A stretch of DNA of 64,000 nt from Macrostomum hystrix (lineage: Eukaryota; Animalia; Platyhelminthes): the NCBI GenBank assembly GCA_950097015.1, contig CATNEN010000024.1, positions 4,216,001 to 4,280,000 on the forward strand, given 5' to 3'. The number at the start of each line of letters is the position of its first letter. Within the stretch, counting starts at the first letter, position 1. Below are positions 1 through 12,800 of the stretch, piece by piece. The translations under genes were made by a program, and so were the position numbers. The notes under the pieces were generated by a model that was given only the letters and a program-made list of their open reading frames with translations, was not told the origin of the DNA and made no database searches.

Positions 1-2980
1 TTCGGGTTCTGTGAAGATTCGGGTTCTGTGAAGATTCGGGTTCTGTGAGGATTCGGGTTCTGTGAGGATTCGGGTTCTGTGAAGATTCGGGTTCTGTGAA
101 GATTCGGGTTCTGTAAAGATTCTGGTTCTGTGAGGATTCGGGTTCTGTGAAGATTCGGGTTCTGTAAAGATTCGGGTTCTGTAAAGATTCGGGTTCTGTT
201 AAGATTCGGGTTCTGTGAAGATTCGGGTTCTGTGAAGATTCGGGTTCTGTAAAGATTCGGGTTCTGTGAAGATTTGGGTTCTGTGAGGATTCGGGTTCTG
301 TGAAGATTCGGGTTCTGTAAAGATTCGGGTTCTGTGAAGATTCGGGTTCTGTGAAGATTCGGGTTCTGTGAGGATTCGGGTTCTGTGAAGATTCGCGTTC
401 TGTGAAGATTCGGGTTCTGTGAAAATTCGGGTTCTGTGAAGATTCGGGTTCTGTGAAGATTCGGGTTCTGTGAAGATTCGGGTTCTGTAAAGATTCGGGT
501 TCTGTAAAGATTCGGGTTCTGTGAAGATTCGGGTTCTGTGAAGATTCGGGTTCTGTGAAGATTCGGGTTCTGTGAAGATTCGGGTTCTGTGAGGATTCGG
601 GTTCTGTGAGGATTCGGGTTCTGTGAAGATTCGGGTTCTGTGAAGATTCGGGTTCTGTAAAGATTCTGGTTCTGTGAGGATTCGGGTTCTGTGAAGATTC
701 GGGTTCTGTAAAGATTCGGGTTCTGTAAAGATTCGGGTTCTGTTAAGATTCGGGTTCTGTGAAGATTCGGGTTCTGTGAAGATTCGGGTTCTGTAAAGAT
801 TCGGGTTCTGTGAAGATTTGGGTTCTGTGAGGATTCGGGTTCTGTGAAGATTCGGGTTCTGTAAAGATTCGGGTTCTGTGAAGATTCGGGTTCTGTGAAG
901 ATTCGGGTTCTGTGAGGATTCGGGTTCTGTGAAGATTCGGGTTCTGTGAAGATTCGGGTTCTGTGAAGATTCGGGTTCTGTGAAGATTCGCGTTCTGTGA
1001 AGATTCGGGTTCTGTGAAAATTCGGGTTCTGTGAAGATTCGGGTTCTGTGAGGATTCGGGTTCTGTGAAGATTCGGGTTCTGTAAAGATTCGGGTTCTGT
1101 AAAGATTCGGGTTCTGTGAAGATTCGGGTTCTGTGAAGATTCGGGTTCTGTGAAGATTCGGGTTCTGTGAAGATTCGGGTTCTGTGAAGATTCGGGTTCT
1201 GTGAGGATTCGGGTTCTGTGAGGATTCGGGTTCTGTGAAGATTCGGGTTCTGTGAAGATTCGGGTTCTGTAAAGATTCTGGTTCTGTGAGGATTCGGGTT
1301 CTGTGAAGATTCGGGTTCTGTGAAGATTCGGGTTCTGTGAGGATTCGGGTTCTGTGAGGATTCGGGTTCTGTGAAGATTCGGGTTCTGTGAAGATTCGGG
1401 TTCTGTAAAGATTCGGGTTCTGTGAAGATTTGGGTTCTGTGAGGATTCGGGTTCTGTAAAGATTCTGGTTCTGTGAGGATTCGGGTTCTGTGAAGATTCG
1501 GGTTCTGTGAAGATTCGGGTTCTGTGAGGATTCGGGTTCTGTGAGGATTCGGGTTCTGTGAAGATTCGGGTTCTGTGAAGATTCGGGTTCTGTAAAGATT
1601 CTGGTTCTGTGAGGATTCGGGTTCTGTGAAGATTCGGGTTCTGTAAAGATTCGGGTTCTGTAAAGATTCGGGTTCTGTTAAGATTCGGGTTCTGTGAAGA
1701 TTCGGGTTCTGTGAAGATTCGGGTTCTGTAAAGATTCGGGTTCTGTGAAGATTTGGGTTCTGTGAGGATTCGGGTTCTGTGAAGATTCGGGTTCTGTAAA
1801 GATTCGGGTTCTGTGAAGATTCGGGTTCTGTGAAGATTCGGGTTCTGTGAGGATTCGGGTTCTGTGAAGATTCGGGTTCTGTGAAGATTCGGGTTCTGTG
1901 AAGATTCGGGTTCTGTGAAGATTCGCGTTCTGTGAAGATTCGGGTTCTGTGAAAATTCGGGTTCTGTGAAGATTCGGGTTCTGTGAAGATTCGGGTTCTG
2001 TGAAGATTCGGGTTCTGTAAAGATTCGGGTTCTGTAAAGATTCGGGTTCTGTGAAGATTCGGGTTCTGTGAAGATTCGGGTTCTGTGAAGATTCGGGTTC
2101 TGTGAAGATTCGGGTTCTGTGAAGATTCGGGTTCTGTGAGGATTCGGGTTCTGTGAGGATTCGGGTTCTGTGAAGATTCGGGTTCTGTGAAGATTCGGGT
2201 TCTGTAAAGATTCTGGTTCTGTGAGGATTCGGGTTCTGTGAAGATTCGGGTTCTGTGAAGATTCGGGTTCTGTGAGGATTCGGGTTCTGTGAGGATTCGG
2301 GTTCTGTGAAGATTCGGGTTCTGTGAAGATTCGGGTTCTGTAAAGATTCGGGTTCTGTGAAGATTTGGGTTCTGTGAGGATTCGGGTTCTGTAAAGATTC
2401 TGGTTCTGTGAGGATTCGGGTTCTGTGAAGATTCGGGTTCTGTGAAGATTCGGGTTCTGTGAGGATTCGGGTTCTGTGAGGATTCGGGTTCTGTGAAGAT
2501 TCGGGTTCTGTGAAGATTCGGGTTCTGTAAAGATTCGGGTTCTGTGAAGATTTGGGTTCTGTGAAGATTCGGGTTCTGGGAAGATTCGGGTTCTGTGAAG
2601 ATTCAGGTTCTGTGAAGATTCGGGTTCTGTGAATATTTGGGTTCTGTTAAGATTCGGGTTCTGTAAAGATTCGGGTTCTGTGAGGATTCGGGTTCTGTGA
2701 AGATTCGGGTTCTGTGAAGATTCGGGTTCTGTGAAGATTCGGGTTCTGTGAAGATTCGGGTTCTGTGAAGATTCGGGTTCTGTTAAGATTCGGGTTCTGT
2801 GAAGATTCGGGTTCTGTTAAGATTCGGGTTCTGTGAATATTCGGGTTCTGTGAAGATTCGGGTTCTGTGAAGATTCGGGTTCTGTGAAGATTTGGGTTCT
2901 GTGAAGATTCGGGTTCTGTGAAGATTCGGGTTCTGTGAATATTCGGGTTCTGTGAAGATTCGGGTTCTTTAAAGATTCGG
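1..2980. repeat. 17-bp satellite (TTCGGGTTCTGTGAAGA)n, about 175 copies, truncated by the window edge
   Basis: Period 17 read directly. Variant landmarks recur at exact multiples of 17. Confidence 0.97.
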
Positions 2981-3685
2981 ATTTAGTAAGGATCAGGGTT
3001 TCGTGAAGATTGGGAATAGTCATTTTGGATTTAGATTTTTACTCGTGGTTGTGTAGTAAGATTGTACATAATTTAATCTTGAAAAATTCCTTCTTTATAA
3101 GCAGCAGGTTCTGCTCAGTCTGTGCTTTAACAGAAAATGGCTCTCGTTTCGGCTGCAGCTGGTTTATTAATTATTTATCGCAGCCTTCTCGCATTGGCCA
3201 GTAAATCAGTGCATTAGCATAGCAACTGTCTGGCCTAGAGACAAAAGAATCACATCGAAGGAAATTTATCACCTGAGCTTAAAGAGTAATTTAGAATTTA
3301 AGTATCACAGGGTGTATGTGATCGGGAAAAAAACTAATCAATGCTGACCGGTGGAAGTTTGTTAGAAATAGAAAAATACAAAAACACTAAAAAACTATCG
3401 ATGGGGTCAGACAAAAAAGTACATTGAAATATCTGCTACTTTAAAAAGTACAATAGATTAACAATTAGGCAAGTTGAGAAAGTATAATTAACGATTGAAA
3501 ATGCATATTTTGGATGTACAATCGATTATCGATTATTCGGAAAATTGAAATGGATTTTCGACTGCGATAGTTAAAAAGTAAAATTAATAATCTATTAATC
3601 TATTTGGAAATGCAAATTGATTTTCGATTAGGCTAATAGATATGTACAGGGAAGATTAGGCTATGTAGTAATTAATACTAAATAT

Positions 3686-3892
3686 TTAGGCTAGTTGGAA
3701 ATTGCAGTGGATTATCGATTAGGCGAGTTGGAAATTACAGTGGATTATCGATTAGGCTAGTTAGAAATTACAGTGGATTATCGATTAGGCTAGTTAGAAA
3801 TTACAGTGGATTATCGATTAGGCTAGTTAGAAATTACAGTGGATTATCGATTAGGCTAGTTAGAAATTACAGTGGATTATCGATTAGGCTAG
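3686..3892. repeat. 33-bp minisatellite (GTGGATTATCGATTAGGCTAGTTAGAAATTACA), about 6 copies
   Basis: GTGGATTA at 3740 and 3773; lies beside the Ig exon donor. Confidence 0.92.
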
Positions 3893-3954
3893 TGGGAATA
3901 TAAAGATAAAAAGAATAGAAGTTTCTGCTGTGACAAAGTACAAAGTGTGCTCAC

Positions 3955-6844
3955 CTGGCTCGCCATTGGCGATTGAGTAGCGAGGTTCGGACGCGGCTAA
4001 GGAGTTGGCTGCCACCAGAAGGCCGTCTCGCTGCCAGAACACCTTCACCCGGCCCAGCTGACCGCCTTCGACATTGCTGCGACAAGTCAGGGTGACATTA
4101 TGCCCGTCCTTAACCGAGGTGTTGGCCGGCCCGACAGTCACGCGAAGCTGCGCCGCGGAGCCAGAATCTTCAGTTGACGAAGTCGAAGGCGCTGTCAATT
4201 GTGAAGTGGCAAGCTTTCTTTATCCTAGAAATTCTCCATCCTCTAATTTTCCATCCTGTACACTTTCCATCCTGTACACTTTCAATCCTGTACACTTTCC
4301 ATCCTGTACACTTTCAATCCTGTACACTTTCCATCCTGTACACTTTCAATCCTGTACACTTTCAATCCTGTACACTTTCCATCTTGTACACTTTCCATCC
4401 TGTACACTTTCCATCCTGTACACTTTCCATCCTGTACAATTTCCATCCTGTACACTTTCCATCCTGTAAATTTTAAATCTTTTGAGGTTTTAGGGATTCT
4501 TTCAAGTTTTTTGAAGTCCCAAATCGACCAGTGTACTTCCCTCTGCACACAGTGCATAGAGATCCCATCATCAGGGTGGCTAATTCTTTTTATCCCGAAA
4601 CGAAGGATCTCGTTGATAAGGGAATGGGTTTTCCCACTTATCCCATTCTGTAGCCTAAGGGAGACTGTGCAGGGGATTTCATCTCGAGGCCAAACTTTGA
4701 CAACAGCCTCGCGGTGCCAACATGGCGGGGGAGAGAGAGAGAGAGTTGAGTAGTCCGGACTCAGTGGCAACCGAGAGGGGAGAGAGAGAAGAGGAACGCC
4801 GGTTCCCGGCAAATTTGTTTTGTTGTAGTTACACCGGAAAATATTAATTTTCGGCGGTGGATAGAACTCATCATCTATTCTCATAGCGGAATATTTGTTT
4901 AAATGACCATCAATCCAGTTGGTAAAATTATGAAACCAAAATACAAGTAGTTTCCAATAGCAGAGAGGCAAGGACGTAGGAAAGTTGATTCTGTAAGACA
5001 CAGAATTTTTTACTTGCAACGGTTATTCAATGTTTCGGTTTCGGTTTCGGTTTCGGTTTCGGTTTCGGTGGCCGAGAGGTTTAGCCTGAATTTGTCTGAT
5101 ACGCGGTTTGATAAGCTGAAAAAAGGTGGCAGCCTGATTTAGATCGAAACAAATCTGATCTGACCAACTGTCAGTTCGTTAGTTTAAACTTTGCCACGAG
5201 GCGAGTAAAAGCAGATAAGGAGTTTGGTGGTAAGTAAAGTCTAGCTTTTTGCCGTGACATTTCATCCCACAGAATGCTACACTTTGCGACAGGTTGTTTG
5301 GGAAGGCCAGTGGACTGCGGTAAGGAACTCGAAAAAACGAGATAAAGAGATCCACTTTAGTTGCTAGGGGGTTGCCATGGAATAAATAAAAAATTTTCCT
5401 GGCCCATCTGGCATATAACTAAACAGTTTTCCAGTTTTCTATTGAAAGCTTCTCTTCTTTTCTTCTCTTCGATGCCAGAAAAGAATTGCGCAGTTAGAAA
5501 TACGTTTTCGATAATTATTTGCACTCGAAATATATTACAGAGGAATGATTAAAACAAATGGTTTCTACTAAGCTAATTGTCATTTACTCGTACATTAATC
5601 AAAGCTAAATAATTGGATTAAACAAAACTATTAAAGACTGAATTTGATGGACAGCACAGCCGCAGCTATTGCGCGGCGCATCTGAAGACTGCGTACGGCT
5701 GTTCAGTCCATGGACTGGGGGGACGCCACACCCACCTTCAATTATCCCAGCTGATGCTGGTACCCATTTAACAGCTGGGTGAACTGAAGCAATGCAGAGT
5801 TAAGTGTCTTGCTAAAGGACACAAATTGTTTCAGTGGTGTCGGGAATCGAACCCCCGACCTTCAAGTCGTGAGTCCGACGCCCTAACCACTAGACTACAA
5901 CCTCTCCATTTTGCACTTTCTACAACTTTCGTTTTGCGTGTTTACAGTTGATTACAGTTGATTACAGTTGATTACAGTTGATTACAGCTACTTATCTCAT
6001 TTGTGTTTGCTTTTCGCTATCTGAAGTTGGTTTTCAATTGTCTTAAAATATTTAGTTTTCTAAATTTATTGAAAAGATTGCGCTTAGCAATAAGTGGTCG
6101 TTTATTCCGGAAATTTAATAATTATCTGTACGTTTTAAAACGCGTCATTGTGGTTTTTCAGGGAAGTCTGCTGTACACAAGAGAGCTTTTAACTGTGTAG
6201 TTTTTGTATTCTAATATGCTATAAAATAACATATTTTCTAAGAAACTCTAAAAGCCCTGCAATTTAAACTGCAATTGCAATCGGAATCTGAATCATATTA
6301 TATACTCGTATTATAATATTCAGCCAATAACCTGTTTAGCATTGTTGACCGCATTTAAGCGACCTCCGACTTGTTTTTTGTCTTCATCAATATGCTTAAC
6401 ATATTTCTTTACTTTATTCCAGCAACATCGAAAATTTTATGTATAGGAACGAGTGTATTACGAGTGTTTTTGAAAAAAAAATGTTCTCACATCACATTTC
6501 AGAGAACATGCATCTTTATCTACACAGAATTTACGGACGAAATGAAAGCCGCCAGTGAGCATAGATCAAACACGTGCCGCCTCGCCATATATTGGAGAAA
6601 AAACTTGACTGAGAGAAATCTGACCAATGCAAACTAATCGATACTGCAGGCCTAGGATAGGGGCTGTTGGATAATTTTTAAATAGGGCGGGAATGACGGA
6701 ACTTTAGTGACCTCGAGAAAGAGCGATGGATATATTCTCGGGGTCAAAGCGATGAAGAATAGATTGAAAGCCATGTGGTGAGGGGGGTAGGAGACAGGGA
6801 AAGAAAAAATGCATTTTCCCATCGCCAAAGTGAGCGACGGGTTG

Positions 6845-6877
<33 letters not shown>

Positions 6878-9800
6878 CACCCCAATCCCAGATCGGTAAG
6901 AAACCCGAACGAAAGCACGGGACATCTTATCAATGATCTCAGCGACCTTCCCCGCCAATCTTATAATACTAGGCGCGCGCCACAGGAGTCCCCGAGTACT
7001 GCTGGTCAGTGCCTCTCCACTCTCGCACACTCGGAACATGCAGCAGTGCCGCAGCAGAAGAACTAATTCCGCGAAGTGGTTGAACAAACAGTGCGAGCTG
7101 CGCTTCGGGTCAGGGGGGGGGAGAGAATGAGAGGCCAAATCGACCTGTTGGAGGCAGCAAATTTGTTGCGATCCTCATAATCTTTTCCCAATCCCGAGAA
7201 GGTCGGGTCGCAAACTCTACAATGTCTTGTCTTGGGGATCTGGAATTGCATCGCCTTCCCTTGATCCCCACTACTGCCCCCCCGCATCTATATTTGCCGC
7301 GTTCTATACTTTCTTATATCAATCCTAATGCTGGCACACGCAATGCATTTGCTGCCTCTGCTGATTAATTGGCGTGCGCGAGGGCGGAGGGGTTGGATGG
7401 GGATGCCAGGGAGGGGAGAACTTAGTGGAAAAAGCGAGCATGCAGCCAAGCCGGTCGTAAGTTGTGGCGCGGAGGAGTCGGCGCCATAGCGGTATGGCGG
7501 CTATAAAACCTGGCTTTGAGGTTCCACTAGGAGAAGAAATGCGGGAAAGCAAGTGCAACTTGTGGCAATTTTTGTTTCTCTATACTTCTTTCCATTCGGA
7601 TGGCCTTATTATATGCTAAAGTGGATGCGGAAAGTGGAATTCAGTTGCCCAACTGCCGGCTGTAGCACTCGTACGAGAGGGCACGGAGAGGAGAAAACAG
7701 AACACGAAATCACACTCAAAAGACCTGCTGCGAGCTGAAACAATCTAATTGAGATGGGAAGGAAAAGAAGAGGAAAGGGAAAGGGGAGATGGAAAGAAAT
7801 AAGAGGACAGTGGGGGAAAGGGGATATGGGAAGAAAGAAGAGAACGAGAAGGAAAGGGGAGATGGGATGAAAGAAGAGAACGAGAAGGAAAGGGGAGATG
7901 GGATGAAAGAAGAGAACGAGAAGGAAAGGGGAGATGGGATGAAAGATGAGGAGAGATAAGGAATGGGAGATGGGAAGAAAGATGAGGAGAAATAAGGAAA
8001 TGGGAGATGGGAAGAAAGATAAGGAGAGATAAGGAAATGGGAGATGGGAAGAAAGATGAGGAGAGATAAGGAAATGGGAGATGGGAAGAAAGATGAGGAG
8101 AGATAAGGAAATGGGAGATGGGAAGAAAGAAGAGGAAAGGGAAAGGGGAGATGGGAAGAAATAAGAGGAGAGAGGGGGAAAGGGGAGATGGGAAGAAATA
8201 AGAGGACAGAGAATGGAAAAGGAAAGATAAGAAGAAAGTAGAAAGGTGTGAGAGGGATAGCGGAAGAGAAGATGTGACATGGGGAGATAACCGAAGGCAG
8301 ATTAAGCAAGAGCGGAGATTACATAGCTAGAGATGTGCCAGGAGCCGACCCAGTCGAACACTCGAGAGTAGCTGCACTGTGCTCACATCTGCCAGAGTCA
8401 GTCGGTCTTCCGTCCGTTACCGAGCTCCTCCAGCAAAATAAATAATCCAAAGTGCGCAGTGGCTCATCTCTCCACTCCGCGCAACCTTCGCTCCCCGCTC
8501 CCTCTTCCTGTGCAAATCCGCCAACTTGCTCCGCGGCATCACCCATAGCTGCTATTGGCAAAGCGATCCGGGACTTTCCATCATTCTTTGTAATCCTCAT
8601 CCATTCATATCCCACTTCCCATTTTTCCCTGTAGCTTGGTGCTCCCAGCCTCCCAGACCTATCTGTCTCCCCCGCCTCTGCGCTTCCATTCTCTGCTTTT
8701 CCACCAAAGTCATTACCCGCTCCCACACCTGGTTTCTCTTCTGCTTTCATTGCTAATCAACTTGCGCACCTCGCTTTCTCTCATCAACGGTCATGCCACC
8801 CCCACCCCGACCTGACCGCCTCAATCAGCTCCTGGCACGCAAGAATTTCAGTTTTTTGCTTAGCACCCTCTTTTACTCTTTGTCGTCTGCTCTCTCTCTC
8901 ACACACACACCTGCAGATGATTGAAAATCATTCCACAGCACCACTGATTTCTCATGAACTGTTCCTCCCTCAGTCCCTTATAGTTCGGTGGATGAGGTTC
9001 AGGCTATATATATATCTATATTTATCCAACACCCCCGAATGGGATAATATTGAACTGATCTCTAGGTGGGAGGTGGGTATAGCTCCCATACTCCGGATGT
9101 CCCACACCTGGCTTACGGCTCTGTTCTCTCTTATTTTTCTTTGCCCAAATTTTCCTCCACGCTTCGTTCGCTTCTTCTTGATCGAATCTGGGCAGCATAA
9201 CTAACCCCCATTTCTGTTGGTCTGTCCTAGGCCAAGTGCACACCTTGTGGACAAACTTATTATATCTGTTGATGAGAGAATATAGGCGAAAAGTAAGTAA
9301 GCAGCTAATGAATTGATCTTCAGCGTCAGACAAATCAATGCACGAGTTCTGCATTCGCCAGTTAGACATTTCGTGATGAGAAATCACGCGCACAGGTCAG
9401 CGAAGCATTGAAGAAGAGATGTCGCAGACAGAGAAAAAACGGTTGATAGGAAAAAAATTTCTAGCACGAAAAAGCAGCACAGTCCTGTGAAAGAAATCTG
9501 TGCTATATAAAACAAGAGTTTGAGTACCAATTAGATATTATTTTCAAACCCATTCAATCCGATTTAGACTTGACAAATCGATATTGTTCTCACAAAAAGC
9601 TAACTGCGCTTGCGGTCACGAAACCTCAGCAGAAGCAAGTTAGAAAATAAAGTTTGTTTGAAAATAATAATTTAAGACTGCTTTTTTACAAAGTTTTAAA
9701 AGGGCTTGAAGCTTCTGGATTTCTAGGATTCTCATTTTGAGATCCGGGGTTGTGCGATCTAGATTTCGAGGATCTGTATTTTGGGAATCTGGATCGTGAG

Positions 9801-12800
9801 GATTTTGATTTCAAGGATCTGCTTTTAAAAGATTTGGAATTTGAGGAACTTTATTTTGAGGATTAGAATTTTAGGAATACGCATTTTGAAGATTTGAACT
9901 TTGAGGATTTGGATTTAAGAATTCGAATTTTTAGGATTTGTATTTTGAGGATCTGAATTTCGAGGGTCAGGATTTAGAGGATCCGGACCCTGACGATCTG
10001 GATTTTGAGGATCTTTATTTTGATGATCTGGATTTAAGAATCAGAATTTTGAGGATCTGGATTTTGAGGATCTGGATTTTGGGGATCTTTATTTTGAAGA
10101 TCCGGATTTGAGAATCAGAATTTTGAGGATCTGGATTTGAGAATCTGGATTTTGAGGATCTGGATTTGAGGATGTGGATTTGAGGATATAGACCTTGAGG
10201 ATCTGGATTTTGAGGATCTGGATTTGAGGATCAGAATTTTTAAGATTTGGATTTTGAGGATCTGGATTTTGGGGATCTGGATTTGAGGATCTGAATTTTG
10301 AGGATCTGGATTTTGATTATCTGGATTTAGAGGATGTGGATTTGAAGATCTGGATTTGGGGATCTGGATTTTAAGGATCTGGATTTCGGGATCTGGATTT
10401 TGAGGATCTGGATTTTGAGGATCGGGATTTGAGGATCTGGATTTGAGGATCTGCATTTGAGGAATCTGGATCTAAGGGTTTCTAGACCTTGAGGATCTGG
10501 ATTTTAAGGATCTGGATTTGAGGATCTGGATTTTGAGTATCTGGATTTTGAGGATCTGGATTTTGAGGATCTGGATTTTGAGGATCTGAATTTTGAGGAT
10601 CTGGATTTTGAATATCTGGATTTAGAGGATCTGGATTTGAGGATGTGGATTTGGGGATCTGGATTTTAAGGATCTGGATTTTTAGGATCTGGATTTGAGG
10701 ATCTGGATTTTGAGTATCTGGATTTTGAGGATCTGGATTTTGAGGATCTGGATTTTGAATATCTGGATTTAGACGATCTGGATTTGAGGATGTGGATTTC
10801 AGGATCTAGATTTTAAGGATCTGGATTTTAAGGATCTGGATTTTGAGGATCTGGATTTGAGGATCTGGATTTGAGAAATCAGGATCTAAGGGATTCTAGA
10901 CGTTGAGGATCTGGATTTTAAGGATCTGGATTTTAAGGATCTGGATTTGAGGATCTGGATCTTGAGGATCTGGATTTGAGGATCTGGATTTGAGGATCTG
11001 GATTTGAGGATCTAGATTTTGGGGATCTGGATTTGAGGATCTAGATTTTGGGGATCTGGATTTTGATTATCTGGATTGTGAGGATCTGGATTTTGAGGAT
11101 CTGGATTTGAGGATCAGAATTTTGAGGATTTGGATTTTGAGTATCTGGATTTTGAGGATCTGGATTTGAGGATGTGGATTTGAGGATCTGGATTTGGGGA
11201 TCTGGATTTTGAGGATCTGGATTTAGAGGATCTGGATTTGAGGATGTGGATTTCAGGATCTGGATTTTAAGGATCTGGATTTTAAGGATCTGGATTTTGA
11301 GGATCTGGATTTTGAATATCTGGATTTAGACGATCTGGATTTGAGGATCTGGATTTTAGGATCTGGATTTAGGGATCTGGATTTTGAGGATCTGGATTTT
11401 GAGGATCTGGATTTGAGGATCTGGATTTGAGAAATCAGGATCTAAGGGATTCTAGACGTTGAGGATCTGGATTTTAAGGATCTGGATTTTAAGGATCTGG
11501 ATTTGAGGATCTGGATTTGAGGATCTGGATTTGAGGATCTAGATTTTGGGGATCTGGATTTTGATTATCTGGATTGTGAGGATCTGGATTTTGAGGATCT
11601 GGATTTGAGGATCAGAATTTTGAGGATTTGGATTTTGAGTATCTGGATTTGAGGATCTGGTTTTGAGGATGTGGATTTGAGGATCTGGATTTGGGGATCT
11701 GAATTTTGAGGATCTGGATTTAGAGGATCTGGATTTGAGGATGTGGATTTGAGGATCTTGATTTCGGGATCTGGATTTTGAGGATCTGGATTTTGAGGAT
11801 CTGGATTTGAGGATCTGGATTTGAGGATCTGGATTTGAGGATCTGCATTTGAAGAATCTGGATCTAAGGGTTTCTAGACCTTGAGGATCTGGATTTTAAG
11901 GATCTGGATTTGAGGATCTGGATTTTGAGTATCTGGATTTTGAGGATCTGGATTTTGAGGATCTGGATTTTGAATATCTGGATTTAGAGGACCTGGATTT
12001 GAGGATGTGGATTTGGGGATCTGGATTTTGAGTATCTGGATTTTGAGGATCTGGATTTTGAGGATGTGGATTTCAGGATCTAGATTTTAAGGATCTGGAT
12101 TTTAAGGATCTGGATTTTGAGGATCTGGATTTGAGGATCTGGATTTGAGAAATCAGGATCTAAGGGATTCTAGACGTTGAGGATCTGGATTTTAAGGATC
12201 TGGATTTTAAGGATCTGGATTTGAGGATCTGGATCTTGAGGATCTGGATTTGAGGATCTGGATTTGAGGATCTGGATTTGAGGATCTAGATTTTGGGGAT
12301 CTGGATTTGAGGATCTAGATTTTGGGGATCTGGATTTTGATTATCTGGATTGTGAGGATCTGGATTTTGAGGATCTGGATTTGAGGATCAGAATTTTGAG
12401 GATTTGGATTTTGAGTATCTGGATTTTGAGGATCTGGATTTGAGGATGTGGATTTGAGGATCTGGATTTGGGGATCTGGATTTTGAGGATCTGGATTTAG
12501 AGGATCTGGATTTGAGGATGTGGATTTCAGGATCTGGATTTTAAGGATCTGGATTTTAAGGATCTGGATTTTGAGGATCTGGATTTTGAATATCTGGATT
12601 TAGACGATCTGGATTTGAGGATCTGGATTTTAGGATCTGGATTTAGGGATCTGGATTTTGAGGATCTGGATTTTGAGGATCTGGATTTGAGGATCTGGAT
12701 TTGAGAAATCAGGATCTAAGGGATTCTAGACGTTGAGGATCTGGATTTTAAGGATCTGGATTTTAAGGATCTGGATTTGAGGATCTGGATTTGAGGATCT

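Noticed and set aside
5836-5907. tRNA gene (CAC anticodon-like loop)
   Set aside because: The acceptor and anticodon stems do not pair properly, and it runs into a SINE core with degenerate copies elsewhere in the window.
8319-8750. 143-aa minus-strand ORF in the Ig intron
   Set aside because: No recognisable motif and no compatible phase-1 splice sites were found.
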